The notes beneath the pieces were generated by a model. The model did no database searches. It was not told the DNA's origin and saw nothing but the letters and a program-made list of their open reading frames with translations. 64,000 bases of DNA. It comes from Podarcis filfolensis (lineage: Eukaryota). Shown piece after piece: positions 1-13,177 of the stretch (positions are counted from its first letter, which is position 1; each line of letters starts with the position of its first letter). The stretch is taken from assembly GCA_964270895.1 (NCBI GenBank), contig OZ185439.1; one strand, written 5' to 3'. Both the position numbers and the translations under genes were made by a program.

Positions 1-179
1 AGAATCTCCAAATCCAGCAGTGGAAGCCATTTCCAGCCCTATGGTGACAATGGAGGGGGTGGGTCACAAAGAAGCCAGCTTGGATGGATAGTTTCCTAAG
101 TCTCAAGAGCTGTTGGGTTAAGTAAATAAAATATATTAACGTTTCTAAGTAATTATTATTATTTCCCTCCAAACTACAG

Positions 180-335
180 GTACAGCCTGAACAGTGGTTG
201 GCAATTACTCTGGCTCTGCACAGGCCTTTTCCCTCCTAGTAAATCCCTGCTGAGTCACGCTCAGAAATTTATGGAGACTCGCCTGAAAGAGAACCTGGCT
301 GTGGACTGCAGGCGTAGGATGCAAAGGGTGATGAG
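180..335 (+). CDS. MYO7B: MYO7B coding exon (MyTH4: YSLNSGWQLLWLCTGLFPPSKSLLSHAQKFMETRLKENLAVDCRRRMQRVMR)
   Basis: Acceptor ctacag ends at 179, donor gtacag starts at 336; 156 nt, phase-compatible with the next exon. Confidence 0.92.
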
Positions 336-1193
336 GTACAGAGGCTTTATCAATCCTTTGAGAAGGTTTTGTGTCCTCTGTCCCTAAGGTAACAGTAGAG
401 TCCCACCTTGTACAAGGTGGCAGGAAATGTAAAACATATACGGTAAAGCATATGCAACATGTAACCTAATGTACAAAAGAAATTGAAAGGGACTAACCTT
501 CCTTCCATACCAGGAGAGATTGATAGCATGACAGATGTGGGCATAATGCAGGTGTGCTCAAGACATACACACATTTCTCTTTTCTGCAGAACTCACAGGC
601 AGCTCCCTCTGAATAGCAGGTGATGCCGGAGGGCTCTTGCTTTAGTGGGGTTCGTTTTAGATTAAAAATAATTACATTTAAGGAATGAGAGAGCCCTGTG
701 GTTTCTATGACGGTTTGGTTCTTCAGCTGAAGCCTCTTCACAAATCCTATACTTGAAGAAACAGGTGCCTCAGAGCCCTGTACCTGTCTTAGGGTGCAGC
801 CCTTAGGAGGAGGAAGAACTCGGGGTAAGAGAGGAGCCATCTAGGAGCACAAAAATTCATGTCAGGATAGCTTTTACTCTTCCATCAGAAGCCTCTGTTT
901 CCTGCTCTCTTAATAGCTGTTTAGTGGCTTAACTTGAGGAATGGCCCTGGCTCAGTAGCAGAGCTCTTGTTTTGCATGCAAAGGTCTCCAGATTCTCCAG
1001 CATCTCCAGGTAGAGCTGGGAAGGATTCTCTGCCTGAAACCTTGGAGAGCCGTTGCCAGTCAGTGTAGACAGTATTGAACAAGGAGGACCAATTTTCGGA
1101 CTCTGCATAAGGCTGAGTTGCAATAGACTAATGGCAGCTGCCCATGAGCAAATGCCCACCTCTGAGATTTCTACCTGCATTGCTATTTTCCAG

Positions 1194-1299
1194 GAGTGGC
1201 TGTCGGAAGTGGGCCCCACACAGCGTGGAAGTGGAGGCGATCCAGAAGAATATCACAAAGATTTCCCACAAGGTTTACTTTCCAAATGATACAGAGCAG
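1194..1299 (+). CDS. MYO7B: MYO7B coding exon ([35 protein letters not shown])
   Basis: Acceptor ttttccag, donor gtgagg; lies within track ORF 1144-1335. Confidence 0.93.
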
Positions 1300-1432
1300 G
1301 TGAGGCCAACTCTGCGATCTACCCATATCTGTTAAATATATTGGAAGGTTGTTCTTTGTACTGTACAGTTACATACAGTCTAATAGACTTTATACTGCAG
1401 AAAAAGGGGACATGGAAGGCGGGGGATGAATA

Positions 1433-1637
1433 CAGTAAGCCCGCACCTTGCATGGGGGTTACATTTTGGGGAATCACACCTAAAGCCAAAATCGCATTAT
1501 CATCGAAACCCATTTGGGTCAATGGTGGGAGGGTTGTCAAGGTTATTTTTCCTGGAACCCGGCCCCTTTTTCACCCTTGTCAAGTGCCTAAAGCTGAATA
1601 TGCACAAGCTAAATGTGCATAAGTTGTGGGCTTACTG
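1433..1637. mobile_element. Tc1/mariner (Tigger-like) MITE
   Basis: TIRs cagtaagcccgcaccttgcatg / tgcataagttgtgggcttactg, flanked by TA on both sides. Confidence 0.75.
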
Positions 1638-1701
1638 TACGTATTAGTAAATTCAGGTACAATTCCTTAATAATGTTTCATAACTGGCATAGCCACTCAT
1701 T

Positions 1702-1909
1702 CAGGCATCTGTCTGAACACATGGGCTGCTCGCTGGCGGAAGAAGAGAAGTGTGGGTGAGTGCATTGCCCACGGCAGCGCGATCCTGGTGGGGTGCCATC
1801 ACAGCTGCCCCCCCGTCCGCGCTGAGCGCCATGCCCCCAGGACGTGCGCCATCCCTGCCCCCGCCTGCTCTCTGCCCCCTCGGTGCCGGAGCATGAAGCT
1901 CTGCCACTG
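1702..1909. mobile_element. GC-rich partial MITE-like element (hAT-type end ...ctgccactg)
   Basis: Abrupt GC/CpG-rich patch ending in a cagtggc-type terminus; the other end and TSD were not found. Confidence 0.35.
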
Positions 1910-2366
1910 GGGCTGCTTATATTAATATATATGTTTAAATCAGGATTGATGGATTATTTTTAATGTGAGCTGTCTATGTTGCTTTTCTTTTTCTTATATT
2001 TGCAAGATTTAAAAATATGTATTTAAACAAAATGCTATGGACAAAATGCTAAGGAGACAATAAACGCTAGTAACGATAATGTCAGGATTGTTGACAACAG
2101 TGGCTAACCAGATGCCCTTGAGATCTCAGAAACTGGGTTGCAATGACAGTCAGTTCCTCACATTTGACTTCAGCATCCAGTGGACATAGAGAGAGGTGCT
2201 GCCTCTCAGCATGGACTTGCATGTTTTCCTTCACTGGCTTCTAGTGCAGCTTGGAGCCAAGGAGACAGATGCCCGCTCTTAGCGGTTTGTGTGCATCATG
2301 CAAGTTGTCCTCCATTCCCTTTCCTTCCAGTCTACTCACTTTGGTCCCTCCACTGTTATGTTCCAG

Positions 2367-2480
2367 GCATTTGTGGTAGGGACAAACACAAAAGTACGGA
2401 CTCTGTGTGAGACTATCGCCAGCCAGATGGAACTGAGTTCCTGGGAAGGATTCAGCCTCTTTGTCAAGACTGCAGACAAG
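2367..2480 (+). CDS. MYO7B: MYO7B coding exon (FERM F1: AFVVGTNTKVRTLCETIASQMELSSWEGFSLFVKTADK)
   Basis: Acceptor ttccag, donor gtaatt; 114 nt. Confidence 0.93.
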
Positions 2481-2637
2481 GTAATTGGCAGAGAGGGCAG
2501 CCATATAAAGCGAGTGTCTTTGATGGGCCCTTTTGGTCACATATCCACTGTGAGCTCTGTGTGATAATAATGCATGCTTCAACTTTTTTTTCTGGGTGAA
2601 AGAATAATGCTTTTTTTTGCTTAATTTCTTTCCTTCA

Positions 2638-2988
2638 TATGGGAAGCCTGCAACTTATGCAGGGTTTACATTCCAGGAATCGCACCTAAAGCCAAAATTG
2701 TGTATACTCAAAAACACATTCAGTGGCAGGTGGGATTGCCAAAGTCATTTCCCCCAGAACCCTGCCCTCTTTCCAGAGCGGACTTGGGCAAACTTGCATT
2801 ATGGCACACTTTGCAAGGCCAAAATTTGGCACCCCCAAATGGATCTTCTCAATTTTACACCCCCTTGGGTTGGAACCACCCTCATTGCCCTAAATCCTAC
2901 ACTGCCCCTTTCCACCCTTTTTATTTATTTATTATCACACAAAGCTGAATATACACAAGTTAAATGTGTGTAAGTTGTGGGCTTACTG
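2638..2988. mobile_element. Second, longer copy of the 1433-1637 MITE family
   Basis: Shares cacctaaagccaaaat and aaagctgaatat..cacaag.taaatgtg..taagttgtgggcttactg-ta; left TIR degenerate. Confidence 0.7.
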
Positions 2989-3135
2989 TACCTGTTTAAT
3001 AAGATCCATGGTCTAACATATGCCAGCATCATTTCTGTTAAATTCCATAAGCTGTTCAGTTACTGCAACAGAAACTATGGGGATTAAACTGATTCTTTGC
3101 ACAAACTCCCCTCTCATTCATCTTTTCTTTCTTAG

Positions 3136-3223
3136 GTGATCAGCCAGAATGAAGCAGATTACTTCTTTGACTCTTTGAGACAGGTGACTGATTGGACGCG
3201 GAAGAACAGGCCGAGCAGAGAGG
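3136..3223 (+). CDS. MYO7B: MYO7B coding exon (VISQNEADYFFDSLRQVTDWTRKNRPSRE)
   Basis: Acceptor tttcttag, donor gtatgg; 88 nt. Confidence 0.93.
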
Positions 3224-3825
3224 GTATGGAAATGGGTGGATGGATTCTTGGGTGTTTGTTTACCAGGGACAGCTCTGGTATTAGGAAACAGAAGAAGAGT
3301 TCAGGAAGCAACTCATTTTATTGCCAGAATTAATCAGTTCTCTCTTTGTTATCATTGCTCTCTGGTGTGTGTTCTGTGTGTACACCTGGTGGCATGAATT
3401 GACTGGCTCAGCTTGACAAAAAGGCTCATTTCAAAATAGTGGAATGAGTCCAGACTCTAGATAGTTATCTAAATAATTTTCGTTTGCCACATTAGTTGGT
3501 GGATCTGGCAACTGCTTGTTCCACTTTGAAATTTGTTCATTGCCAGATAAGATATCATAGCCCCCACATCCTCAAAGGAGACAGCACAATTCCATTTCCT
3601 GAACAAACCTAAATATATATTTACAGGTTCCTTCTTTGCTTGTATGCCAACTTCTAAATTTGGATTCAGTTTCATTGTTGGGTGGGCTAGGGACCATATT
3701 TTTGGCACCTGGCTTTCTGGAGAGTAATGTGAAGCATAAAAAAATACTTATGCATAATCAGGCTATATAAATGAGTGTTACGAGATTTCTTCCCTGTTTA
3801 AATGTATATAACACTGTTTTCCTAG

Positions 3826-3932
3826 TGGCTCCCACCACTGTGAATTACCAGGTGTATTTCATGAGAAAGTTATGGCTGAATGTGACTCCTGGGAAGGACT
3901 TGAAGGCTGACTGCATCTTTCATTATCATCAG
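3826..3932 (+). CDS. MYO7B: MYO7B coding exon ([36 protein letters not shown])
   Basis: Acceptor ttcctag, donor gtaatt; 107 nt. Confidence 0.93.
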
Positions 3933-5235
3933 GTAATTAACAGGGTTGATATTTATAGCATACCACTGACAGTAACGATAACAATAATCACGAGAGGTCT
4001 ACAAATTATGGCCAGTCTTGATAGTAAAGTCCTAGTTTCTACTAGCCAACTGTGAAGTCCTGTCCCATCACGATATACAAGTGGCAGAGGCCCTGCAGGC
4101 AGCATGCCTGCCGCCGCCATCAGCAAAATCATATCCATTTGGGGAGAGCTTGCAGAGCACACAAAATCTCACATGATCGGGGTGTGGGGGGGGGAGATTT
4201 CACCCAAAATCAATCCAATCTTTCCCCAAATCAGCACTGATGGTGGTGCTGGTTCTCTACCAGCAGCAGATGCAGCAGGGCAAAGCAGCAACTTCAGGGG
4301 CTGCAGGCAGAAGGAATCAAGCTGTATAGGTGGTATTTAACTAAGTTTTACTCAGAGTAGACCCATTGAAATTAAGAGCTATTTTAGTTATGATCATTAA
4401 TTTCCAGTTTCTAGTTGAATACCACCCCTATGTATGTTTGATCTGGTTTCTCTCCTTGCTTAATTGATTAGCATAGATAAGATGCCTAAGGAAGAATTCT
4501 CCTAAGGCTGCTTCCATTGTCTCTCCACCTTTTGAAACTGAGCTTAACTGTCCCAAACAATAGTAAAACTTCAAAGGTTCTTTATCACTTCATTAACTTT
4601 CCAGAGCAGGGAGGGCTGCACAATTACCTTGGCAAGTGGTTTTGTTGGAGGCTAATCATCATACTAAAAGGTAAAGGAATTGATGGGTTACTTGGTTTGA
4701 AGGAGGTAGATATTTTGGAATACACAGGTGAGATTAATCTCGGAGATATCTGGGATTCTCCTGTAATCATTTCCCTCTTGTTGCTGGATAGGAATGGCTG
4801 CAAGTCCAATGCCCAGAGCAGATAGAATATACTAAGGACTGTCCTTTCTGAACCCACTGTGGTTTCTCTGAGTCATACAGATTTGTGGAGAATCAGTATG
4901 AGTTGAAGATTCACACGATTTGTGGACAGTGGGTATTTACAATTCCTGGAAAATGTGTCATCATCAAACCAGTAAATGTTATAAAGCACTGAGTGTGGTC
5001 TCTTGGGCCCAGGTTTAGAATTTAGATGTTTTAATGCTTTCCCTCACTCTCACTAAGTTCCTTGCTTTGATTTTACAGGGACAAATACAGTGCCTACCCT
5101 GAAACCAAAAGCAAAGCACAATCACTCGTTCTCTCTCTCTCACACACACACGCATGCGCGCGCACCCCCCCACCCCCCCACACACTGCAGAGAGTAGGGT
5201 TAACAGATCAATGTGTCTTCAATTGTATCTTTCAG

Positions 5236-5421
5236 GAGCAACCAAAGTATCTACGTGGATATCACAAGTGCTCAAAAGAGGATGCCATCCAATTAGCTGG
5301 GCTGATTTTCAAGGTTAACTATAACAATGATCGAACGCAATATGCAGCAATTCCCAAAATATTGAAGGAACTAGTGCCTGAGAACATGATCCGAACAGCA
5401 TCTCCAGAGGAGTGGAAACGG
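5236..5421 (+). CDS. MYO7B: MYO7B coding exon (EQPKYLRGYHKCSKEDAIQLAGLIFKV...PEEWKR)
   Basis: Acceptor ctttcag, donor gtaaga; 186 nt. Not in the ORF track, translated by hand. Confidence 0.93.
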
Positions 5422-6034
5422 GTAAGAAGAATGATTTGATTGTTGCTTCTTGAACAGTGGGCTGGGGCCCATCAGTGGGCCTGCCCTCTGCCTCCATTTG
5501 CCACTGACTGTGTTCCTGCACTGCCATTTTGTTTCTGGTGGCCTCAGTAACCTTTTCAAGTAGGCCCTGAGGGTTGAAGGTTTGAGAACTCTAGAGTGTC
5601 ATAAATTTATATTTGTCCTGGCTTTTGTTTGGGTTGGGACCACCCTGCGGCTACTGATCATGCCTCAATAGTACCCCCTCCCAGTTTATGAGCAAATAAA
5701 ACCAATTTTGCTGTCCACAAAGCTTCCCACTGATGGCAGTCCTTTCAGAGACCCTCTGAAGTCACCACAGTTGCTAAAACTCTTTAAAAATGGCAGGCAT
5801 CATGCTGTACTTACTTTATTTGGATTTTTAACTCACTCAAACCTGAAGACCCAAAGGATGGGTGTTTTCTATCATTCTAATCCAAGGGTGGGGAGGTGCT
5901 TCAGTAAATAAATTTATGTAACAAGGAGCATTAGATAAGTTTTGCATTCTTCATACCTGGGAGCAATTACTTGAGACCCATTACTGTGAGAGAAAGATGC
6001 CCCACCGTTTTGACTCGTGTGTATTTTTATGCAG

Positions 6035-6151
6035 AATATTACTTCTGCCGCCAGCAAACATGAACAGAAGACTGTGGACGAGGCGAAGATTGCCTTCTTG
6101 AAGTACATACATCGTTGGCCAACATTTGGCTCAGCCTTCTTCGAAGTGAAG
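6035..6151 (+). CDS. MYO7B: MYO7B coding exon (NITSAASKHEQKTVDEAKIAFLKYIHRWPTFGSAFFEVK)
   Basis: Acceptor tatgcag, donor gtgagt; 117 nt. Confidence 0.94.
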
Positions 6152-6634
6152 GTGAGTTTCAAAGGTGCTGTTTTTATGTGTGCCTCCATTTGGAAAGCTG
6201 CTTTCTGCAGAGTAGAAGCTTCTTCTATTGTCCTGCTTCTTTTAAGCTCTTGAGTCTACTTAAGGCCCATTCCTGTGATGTGGTGTCCTTGGCATTGATG
6301 CCTCCTCTGTTCTGAAGAAAAGCCACTTTGGGAGTGGGGTGAAATTGTAGGAGGAGATGAAGCTTAACCATTTCTCCCTTAGCTGGTTCCCAGTTCCAAA
6401 TAGCTCCCATGTGTCTGAAGCCAAATATGGGAGGAGTAAGGCACTGAGTGTTTGTAATAACATTCATTATTTGCAGCGTGCAGTATTCCCATGACACACA
6501 CACTTGATTTTCTTATTGTTACATACATTTTGACTGAGAACTCTTTAGATTCTTGTGCAAATAAGAGGACACTGACAGCTGGTGATTTAAAATAGTTCAA
6601 CAGCTATCACTCATTTTTTCTTCCTCTTTACTAG

Positions 6635-6718
6635 CAAACCTCGGAGCCAAATATCCCTGACATTGTATTGATTGCTATCAACAAACAAGGAGTCTCTCTA
6701 ATACATATGAAATCTAAG
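6635..6718 (+). CDS. MYO7B: MYO7B coding exon (QTSEPNIPDIVLIAINKQGVSLIHMKSK)
   Basis: Acceptor tttactag, donor gtaaga; 84 nt. Confidence 0.93.
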
Positions 6719-7289
6719 GTAAGAGTCATATTTTGATACTTGACAGCGAACCTACCCATTGGAAAAGGTACACACACACACTGAGCTATGCCATAAGTTT
6801 CATTCAAAAAACCGTTTAAGGTAAAGGCATAGGGAGATGTGATGAGAGCTGTGGATTCCAGCAGGAAATGTACTTTTCTTCAACAGAAGCAGAACTGTAC
6901 ATTGGCCAACAGAATTTAGTTTTCAGCCTCAGACATTTATCTAGTATTCCCTTAAGCATTAAGGGAAATAAAAACAATTTTATAAAGAAGGGATAAACAT
7001 GAGACCTGCACACCCAGGAAGGAGAAACTCAGGTGGTATCTTCTTGGAAGGATCCTTCAGGCAACATTGCCAGACAGCAGATAAACAGAAGCTTGGCTTC
7101 TATTCTATGGTCAGAAGTGCTATTTAAGATCAATAGGGATTGGTGTAGAAGATAATCTGATGAGGCATCAGCACAGAACTGCGTCCTGGAAAACCAGATG
7201 TGCCACATGTCTCTTTTTGTAGAGAACTACCTGAGTTGTTTGTTCTAATTAAACTTACATGTAGCATTTATTTTGATTTTAAATTGCAG

Positions 7290-7409
7290 GAGATCTTGAC
7301 AGTTTACCCTTTCACTAAAATCTCCAACTGGAGCAGTGGCAGCACATATTTCCACATGACCATAGGGAACCTGGTACGAGGGAGCCGGATCCTTTGTGAG
7401 ACTTCCCTG
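7290..7409 (+). CDS. MYO7B: MYO7B coding exon ([40 protein letters not shown])
   Basis: Acceptor ttgcag, donor gtaaga; 120 nt. Confidence 0.94.
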
Positions 7410-8397
7410 GTAAGAAAAGCTTATGATTTCAGATTTGCTCAAGACCATCCACTGAGGAAGGAAGGACCTGGTAATTACTGGTTAACCCTTTTTCTCCTTC
7501 CTCTAATGGTGCACTGATTAAATGTCACCAAGAGCTATTTCAAATATTTACACATTGCTCCCCTTTTCTCAAACCTGAATAATAGTTCTGCCTTGGGTAG
7601 TTGCGAAAAATCCTGAAATAGATGAAGTCTCTTCTTGCCTTAGATAACATGGTATGTGTGTTAAACAGCAGAAAGATATAATTGCAACAGGCTTGGGATT
7701 GTGGAGGAAACAGAACTGGCTTGTATTATGTGCATATTGGTGGTTTTGGGAACTTAGGCACATATTATATTACTACAAAAGGTATATGGGGTAGAAGATT
7801 CACTTCTTGTGGGAGTCAAAGCTCCCACAGCTGTGCCATAGTGTCAACCTAGGGAAAATACATACAGAGAGAAATGTTTTGTGTTTTAAATTAAAATGCC
7901 TCAAACTACTTAGACAGTTTTTTGAACAAGATGTATATATCTGTCAATCAGCACCCATTATTAACTTTTAATTTATTTTTAAAGTGGTTTTCTTTGTCTC
8001 ATGACCAACTAGGACATTCTGAGAGATCAATTCCTTAAGACTACTTGTGCAGTCACCAAATAAGTTGGGAAGGGCATCATTTACCTCACCCTTGAAATGC
8101 CCAATTAATGTTTTATAACCCGTTTACAACCCATCTCCTGTGACTTACGATATTTTATGTTGCTTTTCCACAAACCACCGAATTCCAATTTTATCAGAGG
8201 AAAACATAAGTTTTTTGTACACTGCTTAGCAGTGTTAATATCTTAAGCCAACAGTATTTGCAGGAGTAACAACAGAATGCTGCTTATCTTAACTGGCTGG
8301 TCTACTATTGTGAAACATTCCATGACTGCTAAAGGGTCTCATGTCTGTCTCGCTCTTTCCAGGGTAGTTCATTAAATGTCTTTTATTTTTCCTTCAG

Positions 8398-8487
8398 GGA
8401 TACAAAATGGATGACCTGCTGACGTCATATGTGCACTTGTTATTGAATGCTGCAAACAAACAGAAGGATTCACATCTCCCTGCCTAA
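8398..8487 (+). CDS. MYO7B: MYO7B last coding exon (GYKMDDLLTSYVHLLLNAANKQKDSHLPA*)
   Basis: Acceptor ccttcag, TAA at 8485-8487; carries the conserved myosin VII C-terminal GYKMDDLLTSY. Confidence 0.94.
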   Translation, partial: GYKMDDLLTSYVHLLLNAANKQKDSHLPA

Positions 8488-9480
8488 GGATGTGCAGAGA
8501 CCATCATTCACAGGCTGTGCCAAACTGAAAATTTGCCACATATTGGAAGGAATTCATTTTTAGCTTTACATTTGTCAGCGCAGTCTCTAGTTTTACCTCT
8601 TCTTGACCCTAGGGGAGTGAACCAAAAGCTGCTGTTGTAGCAAAAAGGTATTTGTTTTTAAACTAACTACAGCTTAAAACATTTTATGACTCATTGATTT
8701 CAACAAGGCTAGCTGTCATTCCCCCCGCTTTTCTGGAAGTATATCCTGTACTAGATTATGCCATCCTTTCCTATTGAGCAGGGACAGGAATGCAGGACAG
8801 TCCTGGCATGTGCCAGGCATCAGCACAAACCTGCAGCACACATGGCAAAAGGTGGCTGTTACCTTTTAAGTCGTGGTGAAGTACTACAAATGAATGGAAG
8901 CAGCATCTTCATGATGTGAAGAGTCGGTCCGTGACTGTTGCCTTAGCTTAAGAAACATGCTTCTGCTAGGAAGCATGCGTAGGATTGTGTTCTGTCAGTT
9001 TCAGCAGTGAAGCTGCCTTTAGTGTCCTCACATTTTCAGCAGATGAGGAAAGACTACTGTTGGCTTCCCCCTGTCATTTGCCAAAGTAGTCACAATAGTT
9101 AGTCTTTGTTCAACTTAGGAGAAGGTGCACAGTTTTGCAATGAAGGTTTTTTCCTGCTTGGGTATTGGGGGATTAGAGCTTCAGTAACTTTGCGCAGCTA
9201 AATGAGTGCCACACCTTTCAGAGTACTTGACCTTTGAAAAAGAACATCCAGACATTCCATGCACAGCATCCATTGCTGGCAGGGAATGCTGACCTGGGGT
9301 CAAGATTGTACTGTATTTTTGAATTCTTCATGTAAATTCAGTTTGAAGTTTTTGATTTAAAATATTTTGCGTGTCCACTTTCTGTTAATGGTAACAGCCA
9401 AATTGTTTCCACTTTCTAAAGAGAATTGCAAAGTAATGGGAGTGATATTGTCAACTTTCTTCTAGAAATGTATATCTAAG

Positions 9481-9486
9481 AATAAA
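9481..9486 (+). terminator. MYO7B: Candidate MYO7B polyadenylation signal AATAAA
   Basis: Canonical hexamer about 1 kb after the stop; no transcript evidence. Confidence 0.5.
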
Positions 9487-12400
9487 TCAAACTCTTGAAC
9501 AGCTTACCTCAGTCCTCTGTTGTCAGAATGCTTAAGGCTACAGCTTGGGTCAAAGAATCCTTCCTGCACAACAGCTGTAATTCCAGTGAAATACATTAAG
9601 CACTAAAATCAACATTCTGCTTTAGTTAAAGGAGATGACCAGCTTCTGTATTCTTGAGGGCTACTCTTTCTCCACACAGTGGCCTGGGGCTGGAACTGTA
9701 TTTTGTCACAGAAACTGATTATTCACAAGTAATTGGACACCACAATAAAGCTGGAATCCTCTAACGATAAGGGTCTCACAGCTATGGGGCATTACATTAG
9801 ATGTAAATACGTACATTTGCACATTGCAGAAGAAAGATGCAACATTACACTCTGGAATATATACTATATCTTAAAGCATTTCTTTCATTTCCTTACTAGT
9901 GAAAGCTGGCAGGCATTTAACCATATTATGCTGAATATTTGGTAGATCCATCAGGACCAAACAAATGGTCCAGTAACTACAGCAGAACACCTGTTGGCCA
10001 GAGCAGCTTACAATGCTATACCTTTACTATTACATTACTTAGACGTCTTAATGACATTTCAGTAACATTTGCACATTTTTGCAAAATAACTTACTGCAGC
10101 AATTTCTTGCACCAAATAAAAGCAATCCAAGATGTGCAGTTTTAAAATAATCTTTACTGTGAAGAGTGAAAAGATATATAGTAGTGAGTTGTCGTTTCAA
10201 GAGTATATGGTAAAATGGAGGAATACAGTATTTTAATCATCAGGATGTACCCTTTTGCTAGTGAAATTACAAGATCCTGGAGCAAAATACTGGCAGGAAA
10301 CTACGTAGGTCTTACAAAAGTGTGATGCCATGCATTATTGTATGAATGGGATCTTATACAAAATGAATCATTTTTAGTAGCAAGTGATATAAAATATGTT
10401 AATACAAAAACTATATCATTATAACAATATATTATAAGCAGTTAAATCTACATTCAGTGCAATTACTGGAAGGATAATATACGTAATATGAATTAAATTG
10501 CTATTTACCTATAATTTTGGCACTTTCAGATTGCCTTGATGGAGCAAAAGTCGCTTGTCATAGACTGGTCAACAAAGCTGTAACAAACTAATACTTGTTT
10601 ATAGTTAAGATGTAAAATGTGCTTTCAACAGTTGCAAAAAAGCAACTCCACCCTTACTTTCCACCCCCCCATTACTTATTTTAATAAGAAATATACACAT
10701 TTGATAACACCAATGCACAACAGCATCTCTGTGTAAATGCTTGGCCTTTACATGCCATTTTTCATGCTTGCTCACAGCCCTGGTTCCCCTGATGAGCTGC
10801 TTCTGTGCCATTTTTAAACAAGGCAGCTTCTTCCTCCATTCACCAAGTGAGTGGCAATGAGAAACCACATTGTGAACAATATGTCTTCATGGAATCAGTC
10901 TGATTAGACTCTGTGGTGACAACAGCGAGAGCAAATGAGACTGTAGTGCCCTCCCTCTGAAGATTCATTCAAGCTACAGTCACACAAGAACTTATATTGG
11001 ACTTACACATTCCAGCAGACAACACTCACTGCTGGATGCACATTGCATTGCACATCCAGCCAATACTTTCTTTTTCGTAGTACTTCATTGTAAAAGTTCA
11101 ATGTTGCTCGCCACCTCAAACGTACACCATTTTAACCCAAAGATGGGGTCCTTTTTCAAGGGGCACAAAATATTTACAAACTCAGGCTTCTGGTTTGGTT
11201 CAGCTCTTCTAATCACTCTCACTAGGCTGCCCTGAAACAGCCATTTACTTACCCCAATAAAAGTAAATTATTTCCCAGCCAATCAATTTTGTTTCTTTTT
11301 CAATGGACAGATTCTGTATTTAGAAGATGAACATTGTGACAAAACTGCAAGCAATTGATACTTCATATTAGATAACTCTGGAGATTTGTACCACAGTGAT
11401 TACTTTCCTGAAGGTCTCCTAAGATTATGGCATTTCAAATATCTCTCCCTAATCCATCTTTCTAACAGGACATTTCCATTCATCACAAATTTCATGTTTT
11501 AATGTATTTGCCTAACATTTCATTTTGAAAGGATAGCACTGATTTCTTACACTGTTAAAGCTGGCCTGAAAGCCTATCTGATATGGCACCCAGTCTTGGC
11601 ATATTTGTATTAGAAAGAATAGTATAATAAAATCTGTTTTTCTATGGAGCACTACATTAAAATCGTTAAAGCGGATCCATATCACTTGCTGGATCAGGAA
11701 TCTGTATCATAAATCTACATTGCTTTACTTACTTTCAAACATGCATCTCCACTAGTCACATATATGCCATTTTAAGGCATAACCAGCATTGGTCTAAGGC
11801 ATAAGAATTGTGTTCCCTAGGTACAGGAGTGCCAGCTTGGCCCTTCAACCATGGATGCTTGGGGCCATGGGTGCCATGCAGCATGCATGGCCCTGGCCCC
11901 AAAATTTGTGGGTGTCCAGCCCCTTCATGGGGAATTTTGTGGGTGCTCCGGCACCCAGAGCCCCAGGGAATTGGCACCTATGTCTAGGTATGTTGCAGAG
12001 GAAGATTCTGCATGAATTGTGTTTTGACTTCTTGACAGTAGACCCTGTGCTTTGTTCCTACAGTGCCTTAGTAAGAATGAGAACCACAATGCTCTCACAC
12101 AACTTCTCCACTCACAAGGGATATCACTTTCATTTCAGTGTTGTGGGCAAACCACATAGACTCAAAGTTCTGTGTTTAACTCCATTTAAATATGACAGCA
12201 CATATACATGTGTACCATTTTAAATGGAGCACATAGAGGGCTCTGGATGAGACTGACAACCAATTCAGTGTGAGTCCAAATTTAGGAGTACTTATCCTAG
12301 AGACCTAAGAAAATTATGTCCTACATTGTGAAACATGTTCCTCTATATTTGTGCTTGGAGGATAGTCTCAAATCAAGAGATGGGCAATCCTCTTGTGCTA

Positions 12401-13177
12401 TTAGTTGTGACAATACAAACTAAGTGCTAGTAAGTAAGTAGCAGATAAATAATGGTATTTGAGGACTAGTTTGGGAGAAGAGGATAGAAAAACCAGTCCT
12501 CTCCCATCAGTAGAAGCAACACATGATTCTTAACTTACATTGTTAGAGTAGTAAATACCGTAAGTAAGATTTATGCTTTTCTATATTAAACAGTCTTGTT
12601 CTGTGCTAGTGTTTATCTTCCTATTACAGGAAAGGAAATACTATGGTGTAATTTGAGGAGAACTTAGGTTGAAATGACAAAATTATGGAGAAACACAGGG
12701 CTCCCAAACTCACATGGTCTGGTACTGCTAATGATAGGGTGGGAAGGAGCACACAGTGAAGAACTGGCAGGTGGAGGACTGCTTCGTACTTCCACTGTCT
12801 GCCACTTTCCCCATACCCAGCAACCTCTCCCTCCCTGCACCATGCCATCCCTCTCCTCTGGCACATACCCTGAGCTCCAAGACTGGAAATGACAGAAAAG
12901 TGGCTGGGAGAAAAGGATTAAGCACACAAAGCTGTTTTTAGATGTGTCCTGGAATATGTATTTTGCTGAGATCAACTATGTTTGGGAACATGTATTTGCT
13001 GAGGTAATAAATAGTTCCAGCTTCAGAGACCATTAAGAAGATTGCTTTCCCACTTCCACTGAAATGAATGTACATTGTAGGAAGACTACGTTTGGGTTAA
13101 GACTCCAGGGATTTACTTAAACTTTGTCACAACAGACAAAAAAAGAGTGCTTGCTAATATGGAGGAGAGGTCTAAAC

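Larger units (their letters stand above)
180..8487 (+). other. MYO7B: MYO7B gene, 3' portion (second MyTH4-FERM tail), 10 coding exons; the gene starts upstream of the window
   Basis: Ten AG/GT-bounded exons splice in consistent phase into GWQLLWLCTGLFPPS...KVYFPNDT...[10 protein letters not shown]...RWPTFGSAFFEVK...GYKMDDLLTSY, the myosin VII tail. Assignment to 7B rather than 7A rests on residue similarity to recalled human MYO7B and on synteny with LIMS2/GPR17. Confidence 0.95.

Noticed and set aside
1053-1289. 78-aa ORF as a MYO7B exon
   Set aside because: Wrong frame; the real exon is 1194-1299 in the frame of ORF 1144-1335.
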